This document shows positions 43,445 to 52,476 of a stretch of DNA of 64,000 bases, piece after piece. Each line of letters opens with the position of its first letter. The stretch's first letter is position 1. This DNA comes from Eubacteriales bacterium (GTDB lineage Bacteria > Bacillota > Clostridia > Christensenellales > UBA1750): assembly GCA_031551255.1 (NCBI GenBank), contig JAVBNW010000045.1, positions 63,430-127,429 of the forward strand, in the 5' to 3' direction. Under the pieces are notes generated by a model that worked only from the letters and a program-made list of their open reading frames with translations, ran no database searches and had not been told where the DNA came from. A program made the position numbers and the translations under genes.

Positions 43445-43747
43445 CTAATCCATCGTCAGCATGACGGATTGGCGGATGACGTCCTTGCCATAGGGGCTGT
43501 GGCGGATGCTTTCCAGCGTATACAGTTCTACAGGGCTGCCGACGGATCGCTGCAATTCTCGCGCGAGCGCGTCAAAATCCGGCTTTGCGGAGGTTCCATC
43601 CAGGTTTAGCAACAGGTGCAGCCGCCCGTCCTCATCGAGGATGACGTTTTGTTGGGGCGGAATGAGCGAAACATAGTTGACGCCATGCTTGCGTGCAACC
43701 GGCACCACGCGGCGAGCCAGCTCTTCGATGCCTGAAGGGGATTGCAT
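43445..43747 (-). CDS. Small nucleotidyltransferase-fold-like protein with degenerate catalytic motifs (function unknown)
   Basis: Track ORF runs to 43822. ATG at 43747 follows GAGGTGA. The 100-aa product has an MNT-like layout (..ARKHGVNYVSL..(no GSxxRG)..LHLLLNL..), but the usual G-S and DxD residues are absent. Confidence 0.45.
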   Translation of the reverse strand: MQSPSGIEELARRVVPVARKHGVNYVSLIPPQQNVILDEDGRLHLLLNLDGTSAKPDFDALARELQRSVGSPVELYTLESIRHSPYGKDVIRQSVMLTMD

Positions 43748-43885
43748 GTTCGTATCACCTCTCGTATGCATGCCAGTATACATGCTTTTCGGGGATTGAG
43801 CAAGAAAATGTAGAAGAATCATACCCGGATGGATACCTGTTGCAACAATGTTTTTCCCAAAGCTTGCGGTGGCGCGCGCGGAAAT

Positions 43886-44623
43886 TTATTCGTATCGAAC
43901 CCATTCAAGGCACAAGCCGTGCGCAGGGGCCGTCGGACCCAGCAGCAGGCGATCCCCGGACGCGAGCGCTTTTTCGATCGAATCGGGCTCAAGTTTGCCG
44001 ATGCCGATATAGTATAGCGTTCCTACTAGGATACGAACCATATTGTACAAAAAGCCGTCGCCTTCAATGGCGAAGAGCCAATCGTTTCCCTCGCGTCTGA
44101 GCGCCGTACAATATACCGTGCGCACGGTGGATTTGCTCTCTCCGCCAGAAGCCATACAGCATAAAAAATCGTGCGTGCCTTCGATGGAGAGCGCGGCCGC
44201 GCGCATCGCCGCTTCGTTAAGGGCAAAGGGCACGTGCCACGCGTACTGCCTGCCGATCGCCTTCGCATGCGCGGCGCTGTACAGGCGGTAGGTATAGCGC
44301 TTACGCGTGGCGTGATAGCGCGCGTGAAAGTTCGGCTTGGCGCTTATGGAGGAAACGATGCGGATATCTTCCGGCAGACGGGTGTTGAGCGCAAAACACC
44401 ACCGGTCCGCGGGAATTGTGCTCACGGTATCAAAGTGCGCCACCTGGCCAAGCGCGTGCACCCCCGCATCGGTGCGGCTCGCGCCGACGATGCCGTGCGG
44501 GGCGCCCGTCAGCGCAAGCATGGCCTCCTCCACCGTCTGCTGCACGCTCGGCGCATTGCTTTGGCGCTGCCAGCCCGCGTAGGCCGTGCCATCGTATTCG
44601 ATGGTAAGCCTTACTCTCTTCAT
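43886..44623 (-). CDS. truA: tRNA pseudouridine(38-40) synthase TruA
   Basis: Track ORF runs to 44755. The ATG at 44623 overlaps the ecfT stop (ATGA). Sequence: MKRVRLTIEYDGTAYAGWQRQ...GASRTDAGVHALGQVAHF. Confidence 0.92.
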   Translation of the reverse strand: MKRVRLTIEYDGTAYAGWQRQSNAPSVQQTVEEAMLALTGAPHGIVGASRTDAGVHALGQVAHFDTVSTIPADRWCFALNTRLPEDIRIVSSISAKPNFHARYHATRKRYTYRLYSAAHAKAIGRQYAWHVPFALNEAAMRAAALSIEGTHDFLCCMASGGESKSTVRTVYCTALRREGNDWLFAIEGDGFLYNMVRILVGTLYYIGIGKLEPDSIEKALASGDRLLLGPTAPAHGLCLEWVRYE

Positions 44624-45435
44624 AGAAGCACAAACAGGCGGCCGTCCAGCAACGCGAGCGCGGCGGTTGCGCAAAGCACCAGCGCGGCCGCGAAATCCGC
44701 CCCGCTGATATGCAAAATTTTCATGCGCGTACGCCCCTCGCCGCCGTGATAGCATCGGGATTCCATCGCCATCGCCAGCTCGTCTGCGCGGCGGAAAGCG
44801 CTGACGAACAGCGGAACCAGCAACGGCACCATCGCCTTTGCCCGCGCAAACAGGTTGCCGGATTCAAAGTCCGCGCCGCGCGCCATTTGGGCTTTCATAA
44901 TTTTATCGGTTTCCTCCAGCAGCGTGGGGATAAAGCGCAGCGCAATCGTCATCATCATCGCCAGTTCGTGCACCGGAAAGCGGATCACCTTCAGCGGCCC
45001 AAGCAGGCGCTCGATCGCGTCGGTTAAAGAAATCGGCGAGGTGGTCAGCGTCAATAGCGACGTCCCCGTCACCCACAGCATCAGGCGCAGCGACAGAAAG
45101 GCCGCGTTGCGCAGGCCCTGAGCGGTGATGGTGATGATCCACCATCGAAACAGCGGCTCTCCCTCCCGCGCGACAAACACATTCAACACAAACGTCAGCA
45201 CGATGATAAACAAAAGCGGCTTGATGGAGCGCAGCAGAAACGAGAAGGGGATTTTGGCGATATGGGCCGCGATTACCACAAACGCGGCGACGACTGCAAA
45301 GCCTAAAAACCCTCTGACGAGGAACACGATGACGATATACGCGATCGCCAGCAGAATCTTTACCCGCGGATCCAGCCGGTGCACCGGGGAGTTGGCCGGG
45401 TAATACTGGCCCAGCGTAATATCAGTGATCGCCAT
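44620..45435 (-). CDS. ecfT: Energy-coupling factor transporter transmembrane component EcfT
   Basis: 271-aa polytopic ORF (...DPRVKILLAI...ARGADFESG...). Operon position is after the two ecfA genes. Confidence 0.88.
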   Translation of the reverse strand: MAITDITLGQYYPANSPVHRLDPRVKILLAIAYIVIVFLVRGFLGFAVVAAFVVIAAHIAKIPFSFLLRSIKPLLFIIVLTFVLNVFVAREGEPLFRWWIITITAQGLRNAAFLSLRLMLWVTGTSLLTLTTSPISLTDAIERLLGPLKVIRFPVHELAMMMTIALRFIPTLLEETDKIMKAQMARGADFESGNLFARAKAMVPLLVPLFVSAFRRADELAMAMESRCYHGGEGRTRMKILHISGADFAAALVLCATAALALLDGRLFVLL

Positions 45436-46300
45436 GCCCCGCCTCCTTATCCCGCGCCTCCAGCGCGCTTACAATCGCTTCTTCAAGCCCGGCCATGGTG
45501 ACGATATCCCCACCCAACGCAAAGCCGTTTTCGCGCAGCTGCGCCGCGATGGAAGCGGCTTCGGGAAGATCCAGCCCGATCGCCCTAAGTTCGTCCCCTC
45601 GCGCAAACACTTCCGCGGGAGACCCCTGCATCAGCAGTTTGCCGCCGGCCATCACCACCACCCGGCTGCATAGCCGCGCAACATCGTCCATATTGTGCGA
45701 AATCATGATGACGGTGTTGCCACGCTCGTGCCATGCCCTGATGAGTTCCGTGATTTCTTCGCGCCCGCGCGGGTCGAGTCCGGCGGTCGGCTCGTCTAAA
45801 ATGAGCACGCTTGGCTGCATAGCCAATACGCCGGCAATCGCTACGCGCCGCTTCTGCCCGCCCGACAGCTCAAACGGCGAGCGCGGCGCGAATAGTTCGT
45901 AGCGCAGCCCCACATCCGCCATGGCGTCCTTGACGCGCGCTAAGAGCTCCTCGCCCGACAGCCCCAGGTTTTTCGGGCCAAACGCGATGTCTTTTTCGAC
46001 GGTTTCTTCGAATAGCTGATATTCGGGATATTGAAACACCATACCTACGGTGCGACGCACCGCGCGCATGTCGCCGCCTTTGCGCGGAATTTCGATGCCG
46101 TCCACCGCAATGCTGCCGCCGGTAGGGCGCAAAAGGCCATTCATATGCTGTACGAGCGTGGATTTGCCCGAGCCCGTATGGCCGATGATGCCGATCAGCT
46201 CGCCGTCGCCGATCGAAAGCGTTACGCCGTCGATCGCCACCGCCTGCGAAGGGGTTCCGGGCATGTAAGTATGCGTTAGCTCCCGCGCTTCAATCCGCAT
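45422..46300 (-). CDS. ecfA2: ECF transporter ATP-binding protein EcfA2
   Basis: 292-aa ORF with GHTGSGKSTL, LSGGQKRRVAIAGVLAM and ILDEPTAGLD. Confidence 0.9.
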   Translation of the reverse strand: MRIEARELTHTYMPGTPSQAVAIDGVTLSIGDGELIGIIGHTGSGKSTLVQHMNGLLRPTGGSIAVDGIEIPRKGGDMRAVRRTVGMVFQYPEYQLFEETVEKDIAFGPKNLGLSGEELLARVKDAMADVGLRYELFAPRSPFELSGGQKRRVAIAGVLAMQPSVLILDEPTAGLDPRGREEITELIRAWHERGNTVIMISHNMDDVARLCSRVVVMAGGKLLMQGSPAEVFARGDELRAIGLDLPEAASIAAQLRENGFALGGDIVTMAGLEEAIVSALEARDKEAGHGDH

Positions 46301-47136
46301 AGGCCCTCCACTAGCTCGTCGGCCGTCATGATGCCCTCGGGCAGCGCGATACCCCGCTTGCGAAGCCTGTCCGCCAGCGCGAGCGGGCGTGGCGGTTCAA
46401 GGCCCGCTTTTGCGAGCAGCGCGGCGTCTTTGAGCACTTCGCGCGGCGCGCCTTGCGCAAGAATCTCGCCCTCTTCCATCACAATCACCCGGTCGGCGCG
46501 CATCGCTTCCTCCATAAAATGGGTGATCAATATAAGCGTTAAGCCCTTTTCCCGCCTGAGCTTTTCCACCGTGGCGATAACCTCGCGCCGCCCTTCAGGA
46601 TCCAGCATGGCGGTGGGCTCGTCCAGCACCATCGCCCGAGTTTGCATCGCCAGCACGCCGGCGATGGCCACGCGCTGCTTTTGCCCGCCGGAGAGCATGT
46701 GCGGAGCCGAGCCGGCGTATTTTGAAAGGCCTACCGCGAGCAGCGCCTCGTCGACCCGTTCGCGGATTTCTCGCGGCGGCACGCCTAAATTCTCGAGCCC
46801 GAACGCGACGTCTTCTTCTACGATGGTGGTGACGATCTGGTTGTCCGGATTTTGCTGCACCAGGCCTACCGCGCGGCGGATATCCAGGGTGAGAAGTTCG
46901 TCTTTCGTATCCATGCCCAGCACCGTCACCCTACCCTTGGTGGGCAGGTACAGTGCGTTCATGAGCTTGGCGATCGTAGACTTTCCCGAGCCGTTGTGCC
47001 CGATGATGCAGACAAATTCCCCTTCGCACACGGAAAAGGAGGCGCCACGCACCGCAGGCTGCGCCTCGGGCGCGAGATCGCCTTCATCATCCCGGGAGAC
47101 GGGGTATTCATACCAGCAATCGCTGAGCGTAATCAA
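46276..47136 (-). CDS. ecfA1: ECF transporter ATP-binding protein EcfA1
   Basis: 286-aa ORF. TTG start at 47136 follows GGAAAGGGG. Motifs: GHNGSGKSTI, LSGGQKQRVAIAGVLAM and VLDEPTAMLD. Confidence 0.9.
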   Translation of the reverse strand: MITLSDCWYEYPVSRDDEGDLAPEAQPAVRGASFSVCEGEFVCIIGHNGSGKSTIAKLMNALYLPTKGRVTVLGMDTKDELLTLDIRRAVGLVQQNPDNQIVTTIVEEDVAFGLENLGVPPREIRERVDEALLAVGLSKYAGSAPHMLSGGQKQRVAIAGVLAMQTRAMVLDEPTAMLDPEGRREVIATVEKLRREKGLTLILITHFMEEAMRADRVIVMEEGEILAQGAPREVLKDAALLAKAGLEPPRPLALADRLRKRGIALPEGIMTADELVEGLCGLKRGS

Positions 47137-47219
47137 CGGCGGAGCCCCTTTCCAAAGCGCTTGGCAAACTAAGATATGGATATGTCCGGTCGGACAAAAG
47201 TTGCTGTAAAACGCGCATT

Positions 47220-47248
47220 ATTGTAGCATGCCCACGCAGCAGGGACAA
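47220..47248 (-). promoter_or_regulatory. Sigma-A-type promoter candidate of the ecf-truA operon
   Basis: On the minus strand: TTGTCC (47248-43), 17 nt, then TACAAT (47225-20). Confidence 0.5.
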
Positions 47249-47249
47249 C

Positions 47250-47829
47250 GGAGGAAAGGTTACATTTCGTCGTCGCGGACTGCGTATTGCTCGCTTCCAC
47301 ACTGCGGTGTGAAAGCTCGTTCACTGCGTCGCTCCTCCTCTTCCATAAAACCGCTGCGGCGGTTTTATGGATTAAGGACGACGAAGAAGGCACGGAGCTC
47401 ACGCTTTTCGTTCTTCTTTCCCCCACAAGACGCCTTAGCGTCTTGTGGAAGAGGAGGGGCCTCGTTGTCGCGGATTGCGTATCGCTCGCGTCGTCGGTTT
47501 GCACTACGCTCTAGTCCCGCAAAACACTGCGGCGTTTAACGGGAATTGGCGCTCCGTGGAATCTCCTCTTCCTCAAAACCGCTGAGGCAATTTTGAGGGT
47601 TAAGAAGAACGAGGGGTAAAGAACAAAAGCTCGCGCTCCCCGTTCCTCCATAAAGAGCACTGCGGCGCTTTTATGGGTTGGGAACGACGAAGAGAATGCG
47701 GGGCGCGCGTTCTTCGTTCTTCTAAACCCCAAAGAAACCTCAGTTTCTTTGGGAAGCGGAGGTTTCACGTAGCGCCAATTGCCCGCAGTACCGCGGTGCG
47801 CGGGGAATAGGGCGTAGTGCAAACCTCCG
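47250..47829. repeat. Largest array of the modular hairpin-repeat family (at least 7 hairpins)
   Basis: Hairpins at 47298-311, 47343-70 (perfect 12 bp, loop TGCG), 47423-48 (perfect 11 bp, loop CTTA), 47516-43, 47571-98 (loop TGAG), 47648-76, and 47728-53 (perfect 11 bp, loop CTCA). CTCCTCTTCC is at 47335-44 and 47563-72, and GGAAGAGGAG at 47447-56. The box TCGTYGTCGCGGAYTGCGTATYGCTCGC is at 47267-93 and 47462-89. Confidence 0.88.
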
Positions 47830-48876
47830 CTATTCGGCCAGGGCGCCGACAAACCAGTGGATTCTGACGAGCTTGTCGCTCTTCGCATCAAAGAAAAATG
47901 AACAGCACGCGTGCTGTCGATAGTAATAGGCGCCGCTGTCAAGGTCCGCATCGTCGCAGGGCTCTACGGGCGCGATCAGGCGCAGCACGTAAGCGCCGTT
48001 TTCGTTCACATCCCGCGATAGTTCGGCCATCGGAGGAAACATACGCCCGTCGGGCCAGATATCGGCGTACAGGGTGGCGGTATCCGCGCCCGAAAGTCGA
48101 TCGTCGGCCTCGTTCGCCGCTTCGTTCGCTTCGTCGATGGAGGAGTCGCGATCAGGCAGCTTTACGCGGAATTTTTTCAGCACCTCCTCAAGCGACGCGC
48201 CCACGCGCAGGCCGCGCGGGCCGGGCCAGTCTTTGGAAGTAACCGTCATGCCGGTGAGACTATTTCCGCCTACAAACTCGGCATACAGCCCGTCGTATGC
48301 GAGCGTCGTAACCTTAAGGCCGGTCAGCTCTTCCGTATGATCTTCGCGCATCGGCGGCTCGCCCAGTTCCCCTATGACCTCCTCCACGCCCGAGCGGGCT
48401 CGGATGCCCATCATGCGAAGATCGCCGGGGACAAATGCCCCAAAGGGTGGCACGTAGCGCGGCGTCGGCTCGGGTTCGGCCAGGGTTTCCACGATTACGG
48501 GCTCCAGCGTGGGTTCCGGCGTAAGCTCCGGGGTGGGGCGGCGCGTGATCAGCGCGGGCCTTGCGCCCGCATGCTCCGCGGAACGCGGCAAGGGCGGCTT
48601 GATCGCGCAGCCGCCCAACAAGCACAGCGCCATAAGCGCTGCGATTGCCCTATATCGGTTCCCCTCGGGGGTTTTTGTGCCGCCTCCCGCAAGCTCTTCG
48701 GCCGGATGATTTTCCGCTATGCCGCGTCGGTTTCGGCCTTGCGCAGTCCTGCCGCGCGATGGTCTCTCCGCCTTGGCAGGCAAAAAAATCTCTTGGCCGG
48801 GCATCATGCGAGGGTTGCCCAAGAAGCCCAATGCCTTTGTAGGATCCCTCATCAGCGCATCCTTTGTATATATCAT
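47830..48876 (-). CDS. Hypothetical membrane-anchored/lipoprotein-like protein with Pro/Glu/Thr-rich linker
   Basis: 348-aa ORF. It has a hydrophobic segment plus a lipobox-like AALMALCLLGGCAIKP about 75 aa from the annotated start, so the start is uncertain (alternative ATG at 48852). The linker is TPELTPEPTLEPVIVETLAEPEPTP. Confidence 0.6.
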   Translation of the reverse strand: MIYTKDALMRDPTKALGFLGNPRMMPGQEIFLPAKAERPSRGRTAQGRNRRGIAENHPAEELAGGGTKTPEGNRYRAIAALMALCLLGGCAIKPPLPRSAEHAGARPALITRRPTPELTPEPTLEPVIVETLAEPEPTPRYVPPFGAFVPGDLRMMGIRARSGVEEVIGELGEPPMREDHTEELTGLKVTTLAYDGLYAEFVGGNSLTGMTVTSKDWPGPRGLRVGASLEEVLKKFRVKLPDRDSSIDEANEAANEADDRLSGADTATLYADIWPDGRMFPPMAELSRDVNENGAYVLRLIAPVEPCDDADLDSGAYYYRQHACCSFFFDAKSDKLVRIHWFVGALAE

Positions 48877-48909
48877 CCGGATCAGCCGTTAAGAACTTTT
48901 CCCGGCGGA

Positions 48910-50364
48910 TCAGAGCATCGAAAGCCCCTTCGCAAGCCGCCCGAGCGTCTCATCTTTTCCCAACAACACCGCGATTTCAATCGCCCCGCCGGGGGTCGAA
49001 AGCCTGCCGCTCATCGCGATGCGCACCGGCCACAGTAGTTGACCGTTTTTCATCGCAAGTTTCTCCGGCAGCGCCATCAGCGCGTCGTGCACGCTTTGCT
49101 CCGACCAATCCTCAAGAGCGGACAGCGCCGCGATCGAGGTCTCAAGCGCAATTTTCGAGCTTTCCAAAGTGGATTTTGATTTCTTATTGATGTATAGCTC
49201 CGCGTCGTATGCGTCCGGCGTCGCAAGGAAATCCACCATGGCAGGCAACGCGTCAAAGCGCTCGGTGCGCGGCTGAAGAAGCCTGCCAAGAAGCGCCCGG
49301 TCAAACCGGCCCTCGCCCAACGCCTTGTCGAGCCACGAGTTAGCTTCTTTTAGGTAGGCCTCGGGCTCCATGCGCCTGACGTACTCGGCGTTATACCACG
49401 TGAGCTTTTCCATATCGAACAGCGAATCCGATTTGGAGATGCCCTTGATGTCAAAGGCATCGATTAGCTCTTCGCGCGTGAACAGCTCCTGGTTCGTGCC
49501 GGGGTTCCAGCCGACGAACACGATATAGTTGACGATAGCATCGCTTAAAAAGCCCATGTTTAATAGATCTTCGAACGTCGGGTCCCCGTGGCGCTTGGAG
49601 AGCTTATGCGTATGGTCGCGCATGACCTGTGTCAGGTGGATGTACTGCGGTATGTCCCAGCCAAACGCCTGATAGAGCAGGTTATACTTGGGCGCGGAGG
49701 ACAAGTACTCGCTGCCGCGCATCACGTGCGAAATCCGCATCAGGTGGTCGTCCACGACGTTGGCGAAGTTGTAGGTCGGCAGGCCGTCGGCCTTGATGAG
49801 CACATTGTCGTCCAACTGCGCGCACTCGACCTCGACGCGGCCGTAGATCACGTCGTCAAAACACGCGGTTCCCTCGGCGGGAACGTTTTGGCGGATGACA
49901 TGCTCTTCGCCCGCTGCGACACGCTTTTTCGCCTCTTCAACAGGCACGTTGTGTAGGCAATGCTTATCGTACTTAAACGTCTCCCCGCGCGCCTCGGCGG
50001 CGACCCGGCGCTCCTCGAGCTGCTCCTTTGTGCAGAAGCAGTAATAGGCGGCGCCCTTGTCGACCAGATGCTCGGCGTACGGGCGGTATAGGTGCTTGCG
50101 CTGTGTTTGGATGTAGGGGCCGTAGTCGCCGCCGACATCCGGCCCCTCGTCCCAGTCGATGCCAGCCAGGCGAAGCGCCTCGTAGATTTTCTCCACCGCG
50201 CCGGGCACCTCGCGCTCGGTGTCGGTGTCTTCTATGCGCAAAATAAAGGTACCCTTATGGTGGCGTGCGAGCAGCCATGTATAGATACCGGTTCGCAAAT
50301 TGCCGATGTGCATATAGCCCGTCGGACTTGGCGCGAACCGCGTGCGGACATTGGTCATGGTCAA
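48910..50364 (-). CDS. gltX: Glutamate--tRNA ligase
   Basis: 484-aa ORF: RTRFAPSPTGYMHIGNLRTGIY...ILRIEDTD...LSKRHG (HIGH and KMSKS-like motifs). Confidence 0.93.
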   Translation of the reverse strand: MTMTNVRTRFAPSPTGYMHIGNLRTGIYTWLLARHHKGTFILRIEDTDTEREVPGAVEKIYEALRLAGIDWDEGPDVGGDYGPYIQTQRKHLYRPYAEHLVDKGAAYYCFCTKEQLEERRVAAEARGETFKYDKHCLHNVPVEEAKKRVAAGEEHVIRQNVPAEGTACFDDVIYGRVEVECAQLDDNVLIKADGLPTYNFANVVDDHLMRISHVMRGSEYLSSAPKYNLLYQAFGWDIPQYIHLTQVMRDHTHKLSKRHGDPTFEDLLNMGFLSDAIVNYIVFVGWNPGTNQELFTREELIDAFDIKGISKSDSLFDMEKLTWYNAEYVRRMEPEAYLKEANSWLDKALGEGRFDRALLGRLLQPRTERFDALPAMVDFLATPDAYDAELYINKKSKSTLESSKIALETSIAALSALEDWSEQSVHDALMALPEKLAMKNGQLLWPVRIAMSGRLSTPGGAIEIAVLLGKDETLGRLAKGLSML

Positions 50365-50639
50365 GCCTCCTTGGCCTTTTCAAGCTTTTTATTGCGGAAG
50401 TAGATGCACAGGTCGATCGACACCATCACCGCATTGAGCGCGTACAAAACCGTTACGATATCGCGGCTGAAGAACAGCTTATGCGCGATGCCCGCGCAGT
50501 AGCCGATGATGATCAGCACCATGAACACCGGGCTTTTGCCGCCTGTGGAGCGGGATACCCACGAGCGGTGGATGGATACCGGCCAGCTAAAGCCGAAACA
50601 TGCGAGCATGATGATTTCGAACGGGCTGAACGAGCCCAT
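50361..50639 (-). CDS. Small 3-TM membrane protein, PQ-loop/SemiSWEET-like (tentative)
   Basis: 92-aa ORF: FEIIMLACFGFSWPVSIHRSWVSRSTGGKSPVFMVLIIIGYCAGIAHKLFF.... Its stop overlaps the gltX start (ATGA). Confidence 0.55.
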   Translation of the reverse strand: MGSFSPFEIIMLACFGFSWPVSIHRSWVSRSTGGKSPVFMVLIIIGYCAGIAHKLFFSRDIVTVLYALNAVMVSIDLCIYFRNKKLEKAKEA

Positions 50640-50668
50640 GACACGACCTCCCCGCGCCGCGGCGCGCT

Positions 50669-52369
50669 TTATACCCGTACGGCCTTGGCGAAGCTATCCT
50701 TGAGCGACACCGTGCGGTTGAACACGGCCATTTCGGCGGAGGAGTCCACATCCTTGCAGTAATAGCCCTGCCGAAGGAACTGAAACGTATCCCCGAGTTT
50801 TGCATCCGCCCGAGAAGGTTCGATGAAGCCTTTGAGCACTTCGATGGAATCGTGGTTGAATTCGGAGATGTAGTCGCGCTTCGCGCTCGCGGCATCCTCG
50901 CTCTCGATTTCATCGCCGCCCTCGGCTACGCTTTCGTCTTTGAGCATATAGTCATACAGCCGGAATTCCGCCGGAACCGCGGCGTGCTTAGGCAGCCAGT
51001 GCAGCGTCCCCTTTACCTTGCGTTCGGCCCCTGCGGAGCCCGAACGGGTATCAAGATCTACCGTGCACCGGAGCTCGGTTACTTCGCCGCTTTCATCCTT
51101 GATCGCTTCGTCGCATCGAATGATGTACGCGGATTTAAGCCGCACTTCCCCGCCGGGGAAGAGTCTGAAAAACTTTTTTGGCGGGTCTTCCATAAAGTCG
51201 TCCCGCTCGATCCACAACTCTCGCCCAAAGGGAACGGTGCGTGTTCCCAATTCGGGCCGATCGGGGTGGTTTTCCATGTCCATCGCTTCGGTTTTATCTT
51301 TGGGCCAGTTCGTCAGCACGACTTTCAAGGGCCTTAGCACCGCCATCGTGCGCGTGGCCTTGCGGCCCAGATCTTCGCGGACGCAGTGCTCCAGCAGCGC
51401 GGCGTCCACTACGCTGTTGGCCTTGGCGACCCCCGCGCGGTCGATGAAATCCCGGATGGCCTCGGGCGTATATCCGCGGCGGCGCATGCCGGCCAGCGTC
51501 GGCATGCGCGGGTCGTCCCAGCCCGATACCAGGCCGTTTTCCACCAGCGAGCGCAGGTAGCGCTTGGACATCACCGTGCGGGTGATGTTCAGCCTCGCAT
51601 ATTCGATTTGGCGCGGGCGGTGCGCGAAACCGCACTTTTCCACCACCCAATCGTACAGCGGGCGGTGATCTTCGTACTCCATCGAGCACATCGAATGGGT
51701 GATCTCTTCGATCGCATCCTGGATCGGATGCGCAAAGTCGTACATCGGGTAGATGCACCACTTATCGCCTGTCTGGTGGTGCGGCACGTGAAGGATGCGG
51801 TACAGCGCCGGATCGCGCATGTTGATGTTGGGCGAGGCCATGTCGATTTTCGCACGCAGCACCCGCGCGCCGCCTGGGAATTCCCCCGCGCGCATGCGGC
51901 GGAACAGATCGAGGTTTTCCTCGACCGGGCGGTTTCTAAAGGGGCTGTCCGTGCCCGGCGCGGTGAGCGTGCCGCGGTATTCCTTGATCTGTTGCTGCGA
52001 AAGGTCGCAAACGTACGCATCGCCCTGCTGTATCAGCTTTTCGGCGAGCTCGTAGCACTGATCGAAGTACATCGAACCGAAGAACAACCCGCCGTTCCAA
52101 TCGTAGCCGAGCCAGTGGATGTCGGCCATGATCGCATCGACGAACTCTTGATCTTCCTTCGTGGGGTTGGTGTCGTCAAAGCGCAGGTTGCACAGGCCGC
52201 CAAACCTTTCGGCCGTGCCGGCGTTGACGAAGATGTTCTTCGCGTGGCCGATGTGCAGCCAGCCGTTGGGTTCGGGCGGCAGGCGCGTGTGCACCTTGCC
52301 CGGCACCTTGCCGGCGCGGATGTCCTCGACGATAAACTCCTCGATAAAATTCTTCGGCTCGGGCAGCAT
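50669..52369 (-). CDS. glnS: Glutamine--tRNA ligase
   Basis: Track ORF runs to 52423. ATG at 52369 follows GGGGGAAA. Sequence: MLPEPKNFIEEFIVEDI...TRLPPEPNGWLHIGHAKNIFVN...RFDDTNP...VMSKR. Confidence 0.93.
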   Translation of the reverse strand: MLPEPKNFIEEFIVEDIRAGKVPGKVHTRLPPEPNGWLHIGHAKNIFVNAGTAERFGGLCNLRFDDTNPTKEDQEFVDAIMADIHWLGYDWNGGLFFGSMYFDQCYELAEKLIQQGDAYVCDLSQQQIKEYRGTLTAPGTDSPFRNRPVEENLDLFRRMRAGEFPGGARVLRAKIDMASPNINMRDPALYRILHVPHHQTGDKWCIYPMYDFAHPIQDAIEEITHSMCSMEYEDHRPLYDWVVEKCGFAHRPRQIEYARLNITRTVMSKRYLRSLVENGLVSGWDDPRMPTLAGMRRRGYTPEAIRDFIDRAGVAKANSVVDAALLEHCVREDLGRKATRTMAVLRPLKVVLTNWPKDKTEAMDMENHPDRPELGTRTVPFGRELWIERDDFMEDPPKKFFRLFPGGEVRLKSAYIIRCDEAIKDESGEVTELRCTVDLDTRSGSAGAERKVKGTLHWLPKHAAVPAEFRLYDYMLKDESVAEGGDEIESEDAASAKRDYISEFNHDSIEVLKGFIEPSRADAKLGDTFQFLRQGYYCKDVDSSAEMAVFNRTVSLKDSFAKAVRV

Positions 52370-52403
52370 GAAAATTTCCCCCAGTTTCCACACAAGATAG
52401 CGT

Positions 52404-52432
52404 ATTATACCACTTGGGGGCATTTTCTACAA
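52404..52432 (-). promoter_or_regulatory. Sigma-A-type promoter of glnS
   Basis: On the minus strand: TTGTAG (52432-27), 17 nt, then TGgTATAAT (hexamer 52409-04). It lies about 35 nt from the ATG, so there is no room for a T-box leader. Confidence 0.6.
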
Positions 52433-52452
52433 TCCGGGGCGGTTGCAGACGG

Positions 52453-52476
52453 CACGGGGGGACGCGTCCCCCCGTG
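52453..52476. repeat. Perfect 24-nt GC-rich palindrome
   Basis: cacggggggacgcgtccccccgtg. It lies within a ~380-bp ORF-free GC-rich spacer (52433-52817). Confidence 0.85.
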
